A stretch of 64,000 nt of DNA from NCBI GenBank assembly GCA_013239625.1, contig MU057073.1:8425997-8489996 (forward strand), in the 5' to 3' direction. Position numbers and translations under genes: made by a program. The notes under the pieces are model-generated. The model saw only the letters and a list, made by a program, of their open reading frames with translations. It was not told the origin of the DNA and searched no databases. This DNA comes from Lama guanicoe. Its lineage: Eukaryota. How positions within the stretch are numbered: position 1 is the first letter of the stretch; each line of letters starts with the position of its first letter. Positions 1-11,467 of this stretch are shown piece after piece.

Positions 1-388
1 CATTTATGAAATATTTAGTCAGGTGCTTTCAGAGGTATGATTTTCTCATAAGGTACTAATTTGGGGGGGAGCTTAACAAGAAAATTTCATATTGGTGTCA
101 AGTCTGCTGCTGTTGGCGGGCCTTTGAAATGAAAAAGAGAAGGTATTGCAGCCTTTTTATTTTCTTGTATTATGAGAAACCTCTTAGATAATATTCATTG
201 GGTTTTTGTATATTTCAGAATATATTTAGGATAAGAAAATGGCTGAATAAGAGCAACTTAAAAGTAAGCTTATATTTGATGTTTAGATTGTAAATAGGAG
301 GAAGCAATACACATATGGGGTTGAAATATGGCCACAACGTGGATGTTGGGGCAGGTCTACCAGGAGGCCCTGGGTTCATTACTAGCCA

Positions 389-936
389 TGCATATTTGTT
401 TTTTATTGCTGCATAATGTAACCACGCATTTCATGGGTCAAAACAACATGCAATTCTCATCAGTTTCTGTGGGTCAGAAGTCTGGGCACAGCTTAGCTGG
501 GTTCTCTGCTCAGGTCTCATGAGGCTGAGGCCTCATCTGGTCTCAGGATGCTTCCAGACTCACGTGGTTGTTGGCAAAACTCATTTCCTGGTGGATGCAG
601 AGCCCCAGGAAGAAGCAGCTTGCTTCTTCAAGGCCAGCTGGAGAACTCTGCCACTTCAGTCTCTCTTTTCAGGGAAGACTCAGACCCTCTTTTAAAGGGT
701 CTCATCCACTTAGGTCAGGACCACCAATGATGTCAGCTGACTCAAAGTCAACTGATTAGGGACCTTAATTACATCTGCAAATCCTTTCATCCTTGCTGTG
801 TAATAATACCTAACCATGACACTGACTTCCCATCATAGTCCCAGGTCTCGCCCACTCTCAAGACGAGGGTGTTACACAAGGCGCATACACCAAAGTGTGG
901 GAATCCTGGGGGCATCTTCGAATTCTGCCTGCCACA
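389..936 (-). mobile_element. MaLR solo LTR, MLT1E/F-like, inserted into a MIR
   Basis: Begins 'tgcatatttgttttttattgctgcataa', contains 'gtttctgtgggtcagaagtctgggcacagcttagctggg' and ends 'ggggcatcttcgaattctgcctgccaca', the reverse complement of the MLT1E/F start TGTGGCAGGCAGAATT. Confidence 0.85.
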
Positions 937-939
937 CCA

Positions 940-1140
940 CAGATGTGACCTTAGACAAGTCTCTTAACCTCTTTAGCTTTCCTTTTGATGTACTGTCCGG
1001 GGTGGGGGGGAATCACAATTCCTACCTGTCTTGGAGGGACGTAGTCAGCTTCAATGAGATGGTGTATAGGAATCTGGAGGTAAGCTGGGCAGCCCCTGGT
1101 GTGGTGTGCTGCGTGCCATGGCAGGCAGAGTGCTTAAGCG
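940..1140 (+). mobile_element. MIR SINE (core and tail; head fragment at ~368-388)
   Basis: 'tgtgaccttagacaagtctcttaacctct' matches the MIR core; followed by 'cctacct...aatgagatggtgtat'. Confidence 0.7.
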
Positions 1141-1249
1141 GAAGAATACGATGTGGGAGTATGACCTGTTTCGGGCTGCAGGGAACACTGAATACGCTGA
1201 GTGGTTGTAAGCATGAAGACACCGTGGACAAATCTTCAGTTCCCTATCA

Positions 1250-3340
1250 TTTGATCAGTGACCTGAATGGGCACTGAAATTGCTTACAGTTCACTTTTCA
1301 AAGCAGTTACCTTTCCAAATCCCCATACTCTTAATAATGGCCACTGACATCTTTTTTGGATTAAGAATGGCTGCGGTGTCCAATTGTTTACTTTGACTCC
1401 CTAATCTCCTCCCAATCATTCATCAGGCTCAGAGAGATACTGTGATCAGCAACTCTGCCATTTGCCATATGAGTGCCATTCAGTGGGACACGTTTCCCCC
1501 TCCCTCCCACCTACCTACCCTCTGACTCCCAGTGCCCCTCCCCCAAATAGTCCCCGTGGATCACTTTCCATTTCCCAACTAATGCAGAACCCAATGGAAG
1601 ACAGACAGGGACAGACACATTTTTACACAGTTGCTGCGGGTCGCTGGTAAGTTATTGGTCAAATAATATTTGGAGCACAGATAACTGCTTTTGCCATTGG
1701 AACCCAAGGCGCACTCTGTACAGCCGTAATTACAAACACAGGGAAATAGAGGGAAAATCCATCTTATTTAAAAGTGTTTTAGTGTCAGCAAACACATTGC
1801 GATGCCATTAAGAAAGTTTTTGTTAAGGACACGCTCGACTTGAGGTTTTTAATTTGTTTGAAGTATTTTGCTAGAACNNNNNNNNNNNNNNNNNNNNNNN
1901 NNNNNNNNNNNNNNNNNNNNNNNNNNNNNNNNNNNNNNNNNNNNNNNNNNNNNNNNNNNNNNNNNNNNNNNNNNNNNNNNNNNNNNNNNNNNNNNNNNNN
2001 NNNNNNNNNGGGACTTTTTAGTGGAGTCGGGTCTAAGCAGTTACACTGAGTTATACCAGGAAGGTTTTCNNNNNNNNNNNNNNNNNNNNNNNNNNNNNNN
2101 NNNNNNNNNNNNNNNNNNNNNNNNNNNNNNNNNNNNNNNNNNNNNNNNNNNNNNNNNNNNNNNNNNNNNNNNNNNNNNNNNNNNNNNNNNNNNNNNNNNN
2201 NNNNNNNNNNNNNNNNNNNNNNNNNNNNNNNNNNNNNNNNNNNNNNNNNNNNNNNNNNNNNNNNNNNNNNNNNNNNNNNNNNNNNNNNNNNNNNNNNNNN
2301 NNNNNNNNNNNNNNNNNNNNNNNNNNNNNNNNNNNNNNNNNNNNNNNNNNNNNNNNNNNNNNNNNNNNNNNNNNNNNNNNNNNNNNNNNNNNNNNNNNNN
2401 NNNNNNNNNNNNNNNNNNNNNNNNNNNNNNNNNNNNNNNNNGTGCTTTGGCCTTTTAACCCATGCATCTTGTGTTTTTCTCTTTCAAATGGGTGTATGAA
2501 TTTCCAATCAGCTGCAGCGACGTAGGCTTTTGCATTGGAGGATTACTGTAAATTGCAGCCTGACAATTACAATACGCAGGGCACCGGCGAGTTATTAATG
2601 GGCTCGCCTACTGATGGCCTTTCAGCGCAGCCTCGGACCTGCTGAGCCTCAGCCTAATTAGATCCAGGGCTAGAGGGCCCCTGCGGATGAGGTGAGTGGG
2701 GACGNNNNNNNNNNNNNNNNNNNNNNNNNNNNNNNNNNNNNNNNNNNNNNNNNNNNNNNNNNNNNNNNNNNNNNNNNNNNNNNNNNNNNNNNNNNNNNNN
2801 NNNNNNNNNNNNNNNNNNNNNNNNNNNNNNNNNNNNTGACNNNNNNNNNNNNNNNNNNNNNNNNNNNNNNNNNNNNNNNNNNNNNNNNNNNNNNNNNNNN
2901 NNNNNNNNNNNNNNNNNNNNNNNNNNNNNNNNNNNNNNNNNNNNNNNNNNNNNNNNNNNNNNNNNNNNNNNNNNNNNNNNNNNNNNNNNNNNGGAGACCA
3001 GGACCAGACCTGGAGGTAGCTACTTGACTTGCGTTTAGTTTACACTTTTTTCACCCCTCCAGTGGTGGGATGAGGAAAGGAGACCCCCTTGCCTACCCCC
3101 CTNNNNNNNNNNNNNNNNNNNNNNNNNNNNNNNNNNNNNNNNNNNNNNNNNNNNNNNNNNNNNNNNNNNNNNNNNNNNNNNNNNNNNNNNNNNNNNNNNN
3201 NNNNNNNNNNNNNNNNNNNNNNNNNNNNNNNNNNNNNNNNNNNNNNNNNNNNNNNNNNATCACGCTCAGAGTGCGTCCTGAAAGAACTCAGCGTGCTGTT
3301 TAGTTTTACAAAATTAAATGGACGGCCTGTCTGAAGCGTC
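1250..3340. promoter_or_regulatory. Candidate cluster of conserved non-coding elements / developmental enhancer (partly N-masked)
   Basis: No recognisable repeat over ~2 kb. Motifs: ATTGTTTACTTTGA (1383-1396), GTAATTAC (1726-1733), CTAATTAG (2654-2661), TGACAATTA. Five N masks at 1878-2009, 2070-2441, 2705-2836, 2841-2992 and 3103-3258. Confidence 0.6.
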
Positions 3341-3704
3341 GGAAGGGTGGAGGATAATGATCAGTGAGTGAATGAAAGGAAAAAAAAAAAAAGAGTTGAT
3401 AGGATCGCAGACTTGGAGCCCCGGGAAAGGTGGAGAGGAGGAGGGCTATGCTGGCTCCAGCCAGAAAAAGCTCCTCATGGTAGAAGGCTCTTTTGGAGAC
3501 ACGGTGGTTTTTTGGAGAGTTGAGCCAGCTATCAGCGTCCAGCTGGTTGCACAGCCAGTGTCTGCTGGGGCTCTCTGATGTGGCTGCCTTCTTGGACACT
3601 ATACGGGCAGTCCGTCTGTTTCAGTCCCCTAGGAAATCCCAGTCAGCCAAGCATCCTGTCCTTCGCCTCACCCAGCTTCTTACGAGCATCCGCATGTGCT
3701 GAGT

Positions 3705-3870
3705 ATTCTCATGCCTCCGCCCTTTGCCTGTGCTCCTTTCTCTGCCTGAATTTCCTTTCCTCCTCCCTCCTTCTTCATTTTGCCAACTCCTATTCACCCT
3801 TCAAGACATAGTGGTCACCTGCTCCAGGAAGCTTTCCAGCTCCTCCCTTGCCCTCCTGTCGGAGCATCCT
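3705..3870 (+). mobile_element. L2 LINE 3' fragment
   Basis: 'cctttgcctgtgctcctttctctgcctgaat...aactcctattcacccttcaagac...gtcacctgctccaggaagctttcc' is typical of the L2 3' region. Confidence 0.65.
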
Positions 3871-4329
3871 GACCCCCGGGCCTGTGCTCTCCTCCACTGG
3901 GCTGTGTTGCCTCCTGCAAAGGGGGAAGGAGAAATCTGTACATCCGTCTGACCAGCCAGAACACAATTTGCACCCCAAGGGTTCCTAAGGGAGGTACCAA
4001 AGGAGTCCCAAAATTAGAGAGAGGGGAGTTATGGATTCTGGGGAAGGTGGTAGAGGCAGAACTTGGAAGGGAGGCGGATGCTGAGGCTGGGCAGGACTCT
4101 GGGGCAGGGGTGGGAGCGAGTGTTCCAGGTAGAGCTCAGACTGGGGAAGTCAGCTGGGCACCAGTGCCAGATGATTTAAGGGCTGGGAATGTTGCCCAGG
4201 AGGACTCCTAATTTGGAATGACGATGTGATAAAGAAAACTCCAGAATCCAATGAGCCTAATAGCCTAGCTTGGTCCATATGTTAAAAACAGGTTGGCAAA
4301 TGACCCCAAACAAGCAAACCCATACACTC

Positions 4330-4635
4330 CAGCCTCCCAACACACAGCCACGGTCGTGGCCTCAACCTCCCGGCCTCTGCTCTGCAGAATAGCCTCCTTT
4401 CTCCACCTGGCTGGCTCCATCCAGCCCTCATGGATGCCCTCACTTGCCCCCAGCTAGGATGCCTTCCTGGCTTCCTCCTCTTGGTAGAACAATTTCTTGG
4501 GTACGCCTGCAATTCACATCTATCACATGTTATTGGTCTTACTCTTCGCATTCCCGGCTTCCCTGTGAGCCGGTCGAGGGCAGATTCATCTCTGTATCAC
4601 CCAGCACAGCCGCAGTCTGCTGTTGAATGAATGTG
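4330..4635 (+). mobile_element. L2 LINE 3' end
   Basis: Ends 'tcatctctgtatcacccagcacag...tgttgaatgaatg', the L2 tail. Confidence 0.5.
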
Positions 4636-4917
4636 AAAGCAAAATGGAGGGGCTGATCCCAAAGAGTTCCCTTCAGCCACAAATTTGGGAAGTTAAGTTG
4701 CTTGATTAAAAAAAATTAAAACTTGGAACAATTTAATGATTATTGGCAGTGGGGATCTTTATTAGGTACCAAATAAGCATAGTAATCAAGGTTATCTTAT
4801 TTGGTTGATGAGCATCTACTGTGCAATGGACCCTATGGGGGTGGTGGCTCCTGTCACAGAGGTGACACCAGTCCAGTTGGGGAGGTGATGCAGTGAAAAG
4901 AAACCCACACCTGGACC

Positions 4918-5170
4918 AGGGAGATGGAGGTGATGAAGATGGAAGTAGATGGAGATCGAGGAGAAATAGAGATGGTGGTGATGGAGATAGAGAAGGAATG
5001 GACATGGAGAATGGATGGAGACAGGTGATAGGGGCAGATAGAGATGGGGGTGGATAGAGATGGTGGATGGATGGAGAAGGGAGTGATGGAGATGGAGGAG
5101 AGCAGAGATAGGGTGGGTGATGGCTGTGGGGTGATGGAGATGGGGATGGATCGAGGTGCAGGGGATTAAG
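4918..5170 (+). repeat. Degenerate (GATGGA/GATGGT)n purine-rich low-complexity tract
   Basis: Repeated gagatgga/gatggtg/gatagag units. Confidence 0.85.
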
Positions 5171-6884
5171 ATGAGAACATCCTAGATCTCGTCTCAGAGG
5201 AAGGAGAAAGTGAGGATTCTGAGCCATCGTCATCCCTGATGCCGGGGATGGGGTAGTCTGAGCTCCTGTAGTGCAAGGACCATTACAAAGTTATCTTTGT
5301 CTCCCTTAGTATCTAGTCCAGAGCTCAAAACTGGAAGTTTTCAGTACCTATTTACTGAATGTAGGAACAAATGTTGAATGAGCCGAGTGGATCTCAAATC
5401 CAAATGCCAGCCCTGACTTTAAGCCCCGGCCTGATCTTCCTAACACCTACCCGGCTTCCCCTAAACCCAGCCTGTGCCCAGATAGCCCGTTGTTCCCTCT
5501 GCTTTTCTTTGCCAAGTTGGTGGACCTGCTTCTCTCCATCTCCAGAAACATCAGGCCGCCTTCTGCTCCTGTCCTCACCTCTCCTTGGAAGTGCCTCTCC
5601 TCCCACTTCCTCTGTGACCATTGCTAGGCTCTGCCCTTCCCCCAGGCCCCCCTGCACCTTCCCTACAGTCCCTAAGTGGCAGCGCTGTCTTCAGCCTTCC
5701 TCGCCTGCCATCCCGGTCCCATGCAGCTGGCAGGATTTTCGGACAAACCAAGCTCCGATCATGCTCAGCCCTTCTCTCTTCTCCACGCCCCATCCCTGTC
5801 CCCCTGCCCTCCTGGCTCACTCCTTAGCTGACCCACTGCTGCTGTCCTCTGGCTCCAGCCTTCCTCCTTCACCTCATCTCTGTCCACCCACCTTCATGTG
5901 GGCCACTCTGGACTGGACCCCTTTGCTGGATGATCTGGGGAAGCCGCTTCCCCGCCGACCCTTGGTTCTTGTGTCTCTGTGATGAGTGGGTTGCTTAGAG
6001 TGAATGGTCAGAGATGGAGTGATGTGACATGATGGAGAGACACAGGCAGGGCTGGGTTTGAACCCAGACTGTGCCACTCAGCCGCTGTCTGACCTCCCCA
6101 CACAAGCGTGACCCGGACTGCACCTTAGCCCAGGGCCCGGTGCCACACGTATGAGATCAACGTGCCTGTTCCTACTGGAGTCACATCTGTGTCTGGAAGA
6201 CGACTGCATCCCTTTCCATCATCCCCATGTGAGGAAGGGCGCTGCTCTTGGCTGCACCTCCACTTACTTTGGGGCCACCTTGCATTCCTTTTTCTGAAAG
6301 GGTGCCGCCCTTGGGAGCCGTGAACACCAGAGCCGTCCAGAGGTGCCAGGAGAGGCTGAGGATGGATTGCTGGACCGAGACACAGCGAGGTCAGTTGTTC
6401 CAGGACTGAGTTGGTCCCCTGATGTCATCATCACTTTGGCCTCCCCTCCTTGCATCTGCCCGCTGGAAGCCTCATTAGGCTGCCTCCGGGAAGGCAGCCT
6501 GGCCGGCCTGTCGGACCCGCGCTGCCCAGCATAACTCAGGCCCTGGCTGGGCCCCTTACCCTGGACTCACGGGAGTCCCCTGGGCAGCTTGAAGTCATCT
6601 GTCCTTTCGCTCATCACTCTGGGGAGGGGAGCGGAGCCGCCTTCCTCCCTGCTGAGAGGCTCCTGGGGGAGGGTTTATGAATTTCCTTCTCCTTCCAAAG
6701 ACACAGCTCTGATGGATGTGTATTTTTCTGGCCAAATCCAGCTGAAGTTGGACCCCACGTTTCAAAGTGTCAGGCTGCACAGAGCAAGGCTGGGAGGATG
6801 GAGGGTGGGGAGGAGGACGTGGCGAGGGCAGTGGGTGGGAAGAGGAGGGGCTGGAGGTTTCTGCACTCGAGAGCTGGCCCAGGA

Positions 6885-6920
6885 GGGCACAGCCTGGAGG
6901 GTGGGCACAGCCTGGAGGGT
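6885..6920 (+). repeat. Perfect 18-bp tandem duplication
   Basis: GGGCACAGCCTGGAGGGT at 6885-6902 and 6903-6920. Confidence 0.9.
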
Positions 6921-7757
6921 GGCCCCACCGGTGCGGCTGTCCCTGCAGAGATCAGGGCACTGATGCCTCCGTGTGTGAACCCGTTGGACCTCATGTAGGG
7001 AGGCTCCAGTGAGAGGCGTCCAGAAAAAGGAAAGGCGTGTAGGAGAGCTGGCAGCTGAAACCCTAATCCTGTGGGGTGTGGAGATGCGGCCCAGATTTTA
7101 GGAGCTGGGGGCTGTGATGACTGTCTCCTCTGCCCTCTTCTGGGAATGCCCAGCCTAGAGGCACCCCCCCCCCCGCATGTTCTTGGAATCCTGCAACATG
7201 AGAACTGTATGGGGTTTCAGATCTTCCAGCGTAATCCTTCCTCCCTTCCCTTTGGACCACTTCTAAACGAGGAGACTGAGGTGCAGAGAGGGGAGTGGCT
7301 GGTCCCGTGGCCCTGCCCACCTGGCTGCAGAGCTGAGGCAGCTGGTTGCCTGGGACCCTTCACTCTATCCCACCCGCTACTTTCTTCATTTCCATCCCCA
7401 GCCCCCATCCTCCATGTTTCATATATTTCTTCCCCAGGATCCTTCTGTTTCAGTATCCCCTAAGCAAAGGGAAGAAGTAGAGACAGAGGGGATTTGAAAA
7501 GAAGTATGTACATGAGAAATAACTGGGCAGAGGGTAGGAGAACTGGAGGGAAGCTCTTAGATGTGAGTCAGAGGCCACCTCCTGGTGCAGGGAAGGGACG
7601 ATGGGGAGGAAGAGGTGGTGTGAGACCTGCAGAAAGAGAGAGGGGCTAAAATGGGGGAAAGAGGATCCCCATGGAGGGAGTCTGTAGACCCAAGATCATG
7701 GTGGCTAAGGTGCCCTAAATCCTTTTGGGAATAATGTTGGTATAAATAAACAAATAA

Positions 7758-7948
7758 ATGATGGTGATGATGGTGGTAATGGTGGTGGTGGTGGTGGCTG
7801 TGGTGATGAAGATGGTTATGACGATAATGATGATGAAGACTGAGATTATGGTGATGACGTGGTGGTGATGGAGGTGATGATGGTAATGATGCTGATGGTG
7901 GTGGTGGTGATGCTAATGGTGGTGATGGTGGTGGTGGTGATGCTAATG
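7758..7948 (+). repeat. Degenerate (GGT/GAT)n trinucleotide repeat
   Basis: atggtgatgatggtggtaatggtggtggt... in 3-nt phase for ~190 bp. Confidence 0.9.
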
Positions 7949-8892
7949 CGGTATTAACTCCCTGTATAAACTTGGGTAAGTCCTTTATCTTCACGGGGCC
8001 TCAGTTTCTCCATTTATCAAACAAACAGGTTAAACTTCAGCCTCTTTTTTCCTCTGAGATTCTGGGATCCAAAGAAAAATGTAGGAAAATCTTTTCAGAA
8101 AGAAAGAAAAGGGGTTGGGGGGAAAACAAGCAAGTTGGAGCCAGGCAAACAGAAACAGAGAAGAAACATTTGTGCTGCAGTCATGACACAAAAGAGCCAC
8201 CTCTCCTGAAAGGCTCTCTCCTCCCTGGACTGGGAAGGCCGTCCCTGCGCTCCTGGGAGATGAAGAGTTGCTCCTGCTGGAATGGAAGTGGGTTAACAGC
8301 ACAGCCCCGGCGTGCAGACAGCGCCTGATTCCCCAGCCCCGCGCGTCCTCACCTGCTAATTACATCTACCAGGCCCGCCTCCACCGGGAGTTTGGCTTGA
8401 CACAGTCATCGCCCCACCCCCCCAGGGGTCTGGAGCAAATCATTAAAATATCAGGTTTCCTGCCCCTGGGGGATGAGTAGGTGCTAAAAAGAGGCCAAGC
8501 TGGATTTGTCAAAAACCAATCAGCTCTCACACACCAAATATCCCCACTTGGTGCGAGCAACCAGTCTGGGGTTCAGGGGCATGAGGGCCAGCGGGAGGCG
8601 GGGCAGAGGGGGCTCTGGGAAAGCACTTAACCTCAAGGCAGGCACCAGTCCGTTGTCCTCCGGGAGAGACAAAGCCACGTGGAGCCAGGGAAGGGCTCAA
8701 CTGTCTCGCAGGATGAAGGCGCACCTACAAGTTCAGTTCTCCACCAACTGTGGAAGTTTTTGAAGCCTCAGGGTCAGCTTTGCCTCCTACAAGGTCAAAT
8801 GGGCCGTGGCTCTGGTGGAACGTTTCAAGCTACAAAGCGCTAAAAAAAATGCGATCCATTTACGCACCTCTCCAATCAAGAAGGTCGTCTTA

Positions 8893-9140
8893 CAGAGAAA
8901 GACAAATGCTGTATGATATCACTTGTATGGGGAATGTAAAAAAAGAAACACAACAAACTAGTGAATATAACATAAAAGCAGCAGACTCACAGATGTGGGG
9001 AGCAAACTGGTGGGGGGGGAGGGGCAACACAGGGGTGGGGGAAAAGGTTATTATGGGATTATACAAAATCATGTGTGTGAAACTTCTGAAAATTGTAAAG
9101 CACTATAGAATTTAAAGAATCTTTTATTCAATTTAAAGCA
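8893..9140 (+). mobile_element. 5'-truncated L1 (3' UTR only), laurasiatherian/artiodactyl type
   Basis: 'cagagaaagacaaatgctgtatgatatcactt...aacaaactagtgaatataac...gcagactcacagat'; G-rich tract; decayed TSD aaggtcgtctta (8881-8892) / aaagtcatctta (9141-9152). Confidence 0.85.
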
Positions 9141-9289
9141 AAAGTCATCTTAGACAAGCAGTCCCAGGGAGTGCTTGTCAGCCCCAGGGAGCCTCTGGGA
9201 GCCCGACACTCCCCCTCAGCCACCTTGTACTTTTTTATCCAAATTTTCCCTCTACCGCTGTGACCACACTCAGTCGTCTATACTGGTCC

Positions 9290-9850
9290 TGCCCTGCCCG
9301 ACCCTGAACATAGGGGCTCCTCAGGCTCTGCCCGGGGCTCTGCTCTCCCCGCCCCTGCCCTCCCCTCGTTCTCTCTGGGTGACCCTTTCTACTCTCATGT
9401 CATGATTACTCTCAGTGCCAAGGGCTCCCCAGGTCTGAGTCTCCAGTCCAACCAGTCTTCTCGCTTCCACACCTGTTGATCCATCCATCTCCTGGACTCT
9501 CCCCTCGGATGGTGATCTTCCCAGTCCCTCCAAAGCCACTCCTCCTGTGCTTCCTGCCTTACTAAATGGCCCCACTGCCCATCTAACTGCCCCAATCAGA
9601 CACCTGGGCGTCATGTCCCTTCCTCCTCCTCCCCCACCCAGTGAGCCCCAGTCCTGCCAGTTCTTCTGCTAGAGCTCTTGGCTGCGGTTGTCTTCCTGAG
9701 CCCAGCCAGGGCACGTGTCTTGGCGGCCTCCCCGCTGCTCTCCCGCCCCCAGTTCAGCCTGTGATCCCTTCTCTGCTCAGTCACCACGATGATCTTTCCA
9801 ATTTCACCACCCTCCCCTCCCAGGAGACCTCTGGTCCTTGGAGGCTGTTT
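9290..9850 (+). mobile_element. L2 LINE fragment
   Basis: 'ggggctcctcaggctctgcccggggctc', 'ctactctcatg', 'aatggccccactgcccatcta...cagacacctgggcgtcat' are L2 ORF2/3' motifs. Confidence 0.7.
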
Positions 9851-10105
9851 CCTGCACAAGATACGTAGGGGAGCCCCTATGTAGCCTGCACGCCAAATGG
9901 CCTGGCTACCGAAGGGCCAGCTCCCAGGGCTTTTCGCCTACTCACCAACCCAGGTCTGAGCAGGTCCGTCGCCTCAGGCCCTAGGTCTCCTTTCCCTCGT
10001 CTGCGGACTGGGGGTCATGCGTGCCTAACGCTCAGGCGGGTGTGAGGTTCACAGGAGATGAGGCAGGTCCAGTTTTCACAAACATCTTGTCACAGGTATC
10101 TTGGA

Positions 10106-10145
10106 GTGTGTGTGTGTGTGTGTGCATGTGTGTGTGTGTGTGTGT
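10106..10145 (+). repeat. Interrupted (TG)n microsatellite
   Basis: gtgtgtgtgtgtgtgtgtgcatgtgtgtgtgtgtgtgtgt. Confidence 0.95.
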
Positions 10146-10334
10146 TTAGCAGTGTGCAAGAGAGTCCAAAGAGATGCAGAATAAAATGATGCACTTTTTA
10201 ATGACACCTCTTTGGCTCGATTCTTGGGGCCCTATATATGTATTTTTCCAAATATCTTTATGTTAAATAAAATAATGGGTTTATTGTGAAATCAAATACC
10301 AAGCGTGCATCCCTGTAAAGAGTAACGTGGGTTC

Positions 10335-10808
10335 TAGCAGATGCCGCTGGTGCCCTGCCCAGAGCTCCTCTCCTTTAGCACTTCAGGTCTGACCACTCCT
10401 TTCCTAAATGTGGGCAACGGCATTTCCCTGGTGCAGAAGCCCATTCCGCCTGCCCCCATGCAGGCCAGAGGACTGGGAGATGAGCAGTCCCTGGAGGCAG
10501 CCTCAGCTGATGAGCGATAGGCACGGGAGTGTCAATACCGCAGCTCCCAGGCTCAGGGCGGTGGTGGGGAGGGAGCTGGGTGGCTTGGAGGCTTGCGGGC
10601 TACACTGGTCTCAGAGCCGCCAGCAAGACTAGGGGGCAGTTGCCCACAGTGGTAAAGGGGCTTAGCTACACACCGCTTCTCGGCTGCCTTGGCTTCCCTG
10701 TCTCCTCTCCCCACCCGCTCCTGGCGTGTCTTGGAATCCTTCCTCCCCACCAACCCTCTGCGCTGCCTCCTGATCTGAGTCTGCTCCTGGGAGAATGAAA
10801 CTAAGACC
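10335..10808 (+). mobile_element. ERVL-class solo LTR (LTR33/LTR16-like)
   Basis: Start 'tagcagatgccgctggtgccctgcccaga'; end 'ctgagtctgctcctgggagaatgaaactaagac' resembles the LTR16/33 terminus. Confidence 0.65.
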
Positions 10809-10844
10809 TGGGACACTTACCAACAGCAGCAGCAAGAAAACCAG

Positions 10845-11030
10845 AGGAACAACAGTAAGAGTAGCTGCCCGTTAGCCTGCTCGCTGCTTTTCACTCGTCG
10901 TCTTCCCTTCATCTCTCGTTTCCCTGCTGTACGTACTGTTTACAGACAAGGATGCTGAGATGGAGGTCACATGCTTGCCCGAGGCCTCACTGCCAGTGAG
11001 AACAGAGCTGGGATCCCAGATCCTGGAGAA
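10845..11030 (-). mobile_element. MIR SINE
   Basis: 'tttacagacaaggatgctgagatggaggtcacatgcttgcccgagg...cagagctgggat'. Confidence 0.65.
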
Positions 11031-11467
11031 TCAGAGCCCATGCTCCAACCTCCAGGCAAGCAGTCCCTTTGGCCGATGCCCTTGGTGGAACCATCCCGAA
11101 GCATGGTGCCAGGGAAAGCGCTGGTGGACTGTAATCCAGGAGGTCTCCATGTGAGTGCGCGGCATGCCCGCAGCTTGCCAGGAGTCCTACAAGCCCAGAA
11201 AATCTCTAGGCCCTTCGTTCCGTCCCACCACTCTTTTTGAAACCCTGCCTTTCTAACTGATCTCTCTCTTCCCCACGTGATACAGGTCCGGGGCACAAGA
11301 ACCACCCCACCATCTTCTCAACTTGTTAGAAGGAAACCCCAGAACAAGGGCGGATGCCGTGGCCCTCCAGGAGGTGAGGCCAGCTCCACTGGGCTGGATG
11401 GAATTTTTTTAATGGAAAGCTCGAAATTCAGATTTCCATATGAAATGTGCTTACTTTAAAATATTTT

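Noticed and set aside
1840-3334. ORFs spanning the N-runs
   Set aside because: Open only because N codons contain no stops; the hidden bases cannot be assessed
1250-3340. Naming the neighbouring gene or a specific ultraconserved element
   Set aside because: I cannot recognise the locus from the visible sequence; a genome alignment is required
4733-5233. 166-aa Pro/Ser-rich ORF on the - strand
   Set aside because: Artefact of the GATGGA low-complexity tract
5371-5982. 203-aa ORF on the + strand
   Set aside because: Pro/Ser/Leu-rich product of pyrimidine-rich DNA; no recognisable domain or exon structure
7557-7994. Poly-His/poly-Pro ORF on the - strand resembling a transcription-factor tract
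   Set aside because: Translation of the GGT/GAT microsatellite; it starts within a MIR fragment
9008-9042. G-quadruplex motif as a novel element
   Set aside because: It is the ordinary G-rich tract of an L1 3' UTR
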